The notes below the pieces were generated by a model, which did no database searches, had not been told where the DNA came from, and worked only from the letters and a program-made list of their open reading frames with translations. This document shows, in pieces, positions 26,801-28,565 of a DNA stretch of 28,565 nucleotides. How positions within the stretch are numbered: the first letter of the stretch is position 1; every line of letters starts with the position of its first letter. Origin of the DNA: Candidatus Eiseniibacteriota bacterium (GTDB lineage Bacteria; Eisenbacteria; RBG-16-71-46; SZUA-252); assembly GCA_031370645.1 (NCBI GenBank), contig JANMQV010000070.1, positions 1-28,565 on the forward strand. Direction: 5' to 3'. Made by a program: the position numbers and the translations under genes.

Positions 26801-28565
26801 AGCCGGAGCCGTGATCACCGGGTTCTGATTGCCACCGCCGATGGTGACCGACGTCGTCGCCGTCGAGGTGCCGGCCGGGACGTTCACGTCAACAGCCGTC
26901 CAGTTGACCGTGAAGGTGCCCGTCTGCGCCGCGCTCGGCGTGCCCGTGAGCGTGATGCTCGGGGCGGCCGAAGGACCAGCGGAGCTGGAAGCGGTGAAGA
27001 ACGGAGCATTGTTCGTCTGCGACAGGGTCACGTTCTGTGCGTCAGGATCAGACGCCGAACCCGTAACCGAGATCGAGACGAGCGCCGGACCACTCGCCGT
27101 CGCCGGAGCCACGATGACCGGGTTCCGGTTGACGTTCGTGATCGTGACGGTCGTGGCGACCGGAGTCGCCGTTCCCGCCGGAACGTTCACGTCAACAGCC
27201 GTCCAGTTGATCGTGTAGGTACCAGCCTGCGTGAAGCTCGGCGTGCCCGTGAGCGTGATGCTCGGAGCAGCCAAGGGACCGGCAGAGCTGGAAGCCGTGA
27301 AGAACGGAGCGTTGTTCGTCTGCGACAGGGTCACGTTCTGGCCATCCGGATCCGACGCCGAACCCGTAACCGAGATCGAGGCGTTTTCCGCACCGCTCGC
27401 CGTCGTCGGCGCCGTGATGACCGGATTCCGATTTGTGTTCGCGATCGTCAGGACCGTCGTGGCCGTCGGCGTCCCGCCCGCCAAGTCGGTCGCGCTCCAA
27501 TTGATCGTGTAGGAACCCGACTGGTTGAAGTTCGGTGTGCCGGTGAGCGTGATGGTCGCCGTCGCCGCCGGGCCGTTCGAACTCGAGGCGGTGAAGAAGG
27601 GGGCGTTGTTGTTCTGCGAAAGAATCACGTTATCGGCATCCGGGTCGGTCACCGAAGCGGTGACGGAGACGGGCGAGTTCTCAGTACCGCTCGCCGTCGC
27701 CGGGGCGGTGATGACCGGGGGCCGGTTCGTGTTCGCGATCGTGAGGGCGGTAGTAGCGCTCGCCGTGCCGGTCGTGTTGTCGACCGCGCTCCAGTTCACC
27801 GCGTACGCGCCGGACTGGCTGAAATTCGGGGTGCCGGTCAGGGTGATGCTCGGCGCCAGCGAAGGTCCGTTGGAGGCGGCGCCCGCGAGGAACGCCGCAT
27901 TGTTCGTCTGCGAGAGCGTGACGTTATTCGCGTCGGGATCAGACGCCGAACCGGTAATCGAGACGACCGTGTTCTCCGAGCCGCTCTGCGTCGCCGGAGC
28001 CACAATGACCGGATTGGCGTTGACCGGACCGCTGGTGGTGGTGTTGCCGACGTCGGTCCAGTCCGTACCGAGCTTGTAGGTATTGTCGAAATCGTTGCCG
28101 GGGCAATTCGTGCCGAACGACGTAAATGCCGGCGGGTTGACCGTCGAGGCGGGCACGATCGACAGAACGGCGTTCGTCGCGACACCGGAAAGCGCGAGCC
28201 GACCGAGGAGGTAGGTCCCCTCGTTCAGCTGAGGTCCGGAGCGCCCGTGGTAGGCGTCCGTGCCCGAGGTGAAATCACCGAAGCCGCCTGTGAAATTGAT
28301 CGTCGGATTCGACGTCCAAACTCCAAGCGTCATCGCACCGGTCGCCCGGACAAAGAACTCGTAGGAATTCATCGTGAGGGCGACGGCATCCGTATTACAG
28401 ACCGCGGGCGAGCCATCCTTGTTGACGTTCGTCCGGAGCCAAATATCGACGCCGGTGCTCGATGACGTGAGCACGTCGGCGGAGGTGTTCGCTCCGTCTC
28501 CGTTCACGTCGAGGTACATATACTGGGCGAAGGCCGGGGCGGCAAATGCCAAAAGGCATACCGCG
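23846..28565 (-). CDS. Giant secreted paralog (over 1570 aa, 5'-partial): N-terminal Ca-loop domain, 11 Ig/cadherin-like repeats, PKD, a conserved beta domain and a FlgD-Ig/T9SS-like C-terminal domain
   Basis: The window end translates AVCLLAFAAPAFAQYMYLDVNGDG, matching the paralog's signal peptide, so the true start is probably about 11 codons outside the window. It has the same terminal domains as 20385-23345. Confidence 0.92.
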   Translation of the reverse strand, partial: AVCLLAFAAPAFAQYMYLDVNGDGANTSADVLTSSSTGVDIWLRTNVNKDGSPAVCNTDAVALTMNSYEFFVRATGAMTLGVWTSNPTINFTGGFGDFTSGTDAYHGRSGPQLNEGTYLLGRLALSGVATNAVLSIVPASTVNPPAFTSFGTNCPGNDFDNTYKLGTDWTDVGNTTTSGPVNANPVIVAPATQSGSENTVVSITGSASDPDANNVTLSQTNNAAFLAGAASNGPSLAPSITLTGTPNFSQSGAYAVNWSAVDNTTGTASATTALTIANTNRPPVITAPATASGTENSPVSVTASVTDPDADNVILSQNNNAPFFTASSSNGPAATATITLTGTPNFNQSGSYTINWSATDLAGGTPTATTVLTIANTNRNPVITAPTTASGAENASISVTGSASDPDGQNVTLSQTNNAPFFTASSSAGPLAAPSITLTGTPSFTQAGTYTINWTAVDVNVPAGTATPVATTVTITNVNRNPVIVAPATASGPALVSISVTGSASDPDAQNVTLSQTNNAPFFTASSSAGPSAAPSITLTGTPSAAQTGTFTVNWTAVDVNVPAGTSTATTSVTIGGGNQNPVITAPATASGAENASVSVTGSASDPDAGNLVTLSQTNNAPFFTASSSAGPLAAPSITLTGTPSFAQSGTYTINWTAIDTGTPVGTASPVTTTLTIANTNRNPVITAPATASGPENASISVTGSASDPDAQNVTLSQTNNAPFFTASSSNGPALAPSITLTGTPSFAQSGTYTINWTAVDANVPAGTATPVATTVTITNLNRNPVITAPASVSGSTGDPISITGSASDPDGQTVTLSQTNNAPFLTGPASAGPVLAPSITLGGTPSATQTGAFTINWSAVDATGGPATATTEITIGLTNFKPVIVAPATASGAENAAISITGSASDADAGQLVTLSQTNNAAFLAGPASNGPSAAPSITLSGTPNFSQSGSYTINWTATDDFTPAGIATPVATTVTIANVNRNPVITAPATASGIENASISVTGSASDPDADNVTLSQTNNAPFLAGPASAGPSAAPSITLSGTPNFSQAGTYTINWSAVDNSTGTASATTAVTIGGFNRNPVITAPLTVSGTEGVALSITGSASDPDGDNVTLSQTNNAAFLTGAASAGPALNPSITLSGAPGLSDAGVYTVNWSAVDNTTGTASATTTITISNTNSAPTLTQPTDMTVNEGDTATQQLVGSDPDGDPLTYSKVGTTPFFMSVSASGLVTLAPGFTDAGSYTGTVRVSDGTANDTKSFSITVDNVNRCPVANAGGPYSGIIGIPVAFNGAGSSDADGDVLTYTWDFGDGVSLVNGASPSHTYATANTYTVVLVVDDGACQATATTTATIVTELPAHVFTTGGNNSTSLGSGKPTTCVQIEPVSGSFALSDVDLSTIRMISDGTGSVSQILAIAGKTTVDGDKNSNGVSEIRACFAKADLRHLFSDLPAGRNTVTVAIEGTLTTGGTFRGLLTTTVKSTGSALSAMISPNPLNPETTLSFQTKTPGRVTVKVYDLNGRLVKTLLDETRGAGFQDLRWNGTSDSGVKVASGVYFFRLDTPNGRVTMAATVLK
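25035..28020 (-). repeat. Ten tandem ~294-306 bp coding repeats (NPVIxAPATxSGxE...SASDPD...LSQTNNAxF...SITLxGTP...INWxAxD)
   Basis: Counted directly in the translation. Several units are nearly identical at the DNA level. Confidence 0.93.

Noticed and set aside
23846-28565. Diversity-generating retroelement target or template repeats
   Set aside because: No reverse transcriptase gene is present. Differences between repeats are mainly third-position changes rather than adenine-specific ones.

Overview
A 28.6 kb, high-GC bacterial chromosomal segment with most genes on the minus strand. An outer-membrane beta-barrel gene points to a diderm. The FlgD-Ig/T9SS-like C-terminal domains suggest an FCB-affiliated lineage such as Ca. 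Eisenbacteria, which is inference only. From left to right: (1) a minus-strand cluster of RsbW-like kinase, STAS protein, ECF sigma factor, membrane anti-sigma factor and an exported protein of 23 nonapeptide repeats (xxxIRDFEK) that is missing from the ORF track because it runs off the left edge; (2) an FMN alpha-hydroxy acid oxidase, a secreted hypothetical, a beta-barrel protein, a CoA-binding protein and ada; (3) a secreted helical protein with an internal duplication, then yyaL-like, mnmA and iscS; (4) a cyclophilin and two exported TPR proteins; (5) a membrane protein, comM/yifB, a HAD hydrolase and panE; (6) two tandem paralogous giant secreted Ig-repeat/PKD/FlgD-Ig proteins with a shared two-hairpin 3' element. 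The spacer between the paralogs carries a sigma54-type -24/-12 promoter and an 18-codon leader ORF. I found no rRNA, tRNA, CRISPR array or mobile element. The best candidates for undescribed biology are the ECF-linked nonapeptide-repeat protein and the putatively sigma54/leader-controlled modular surface-protein pair.
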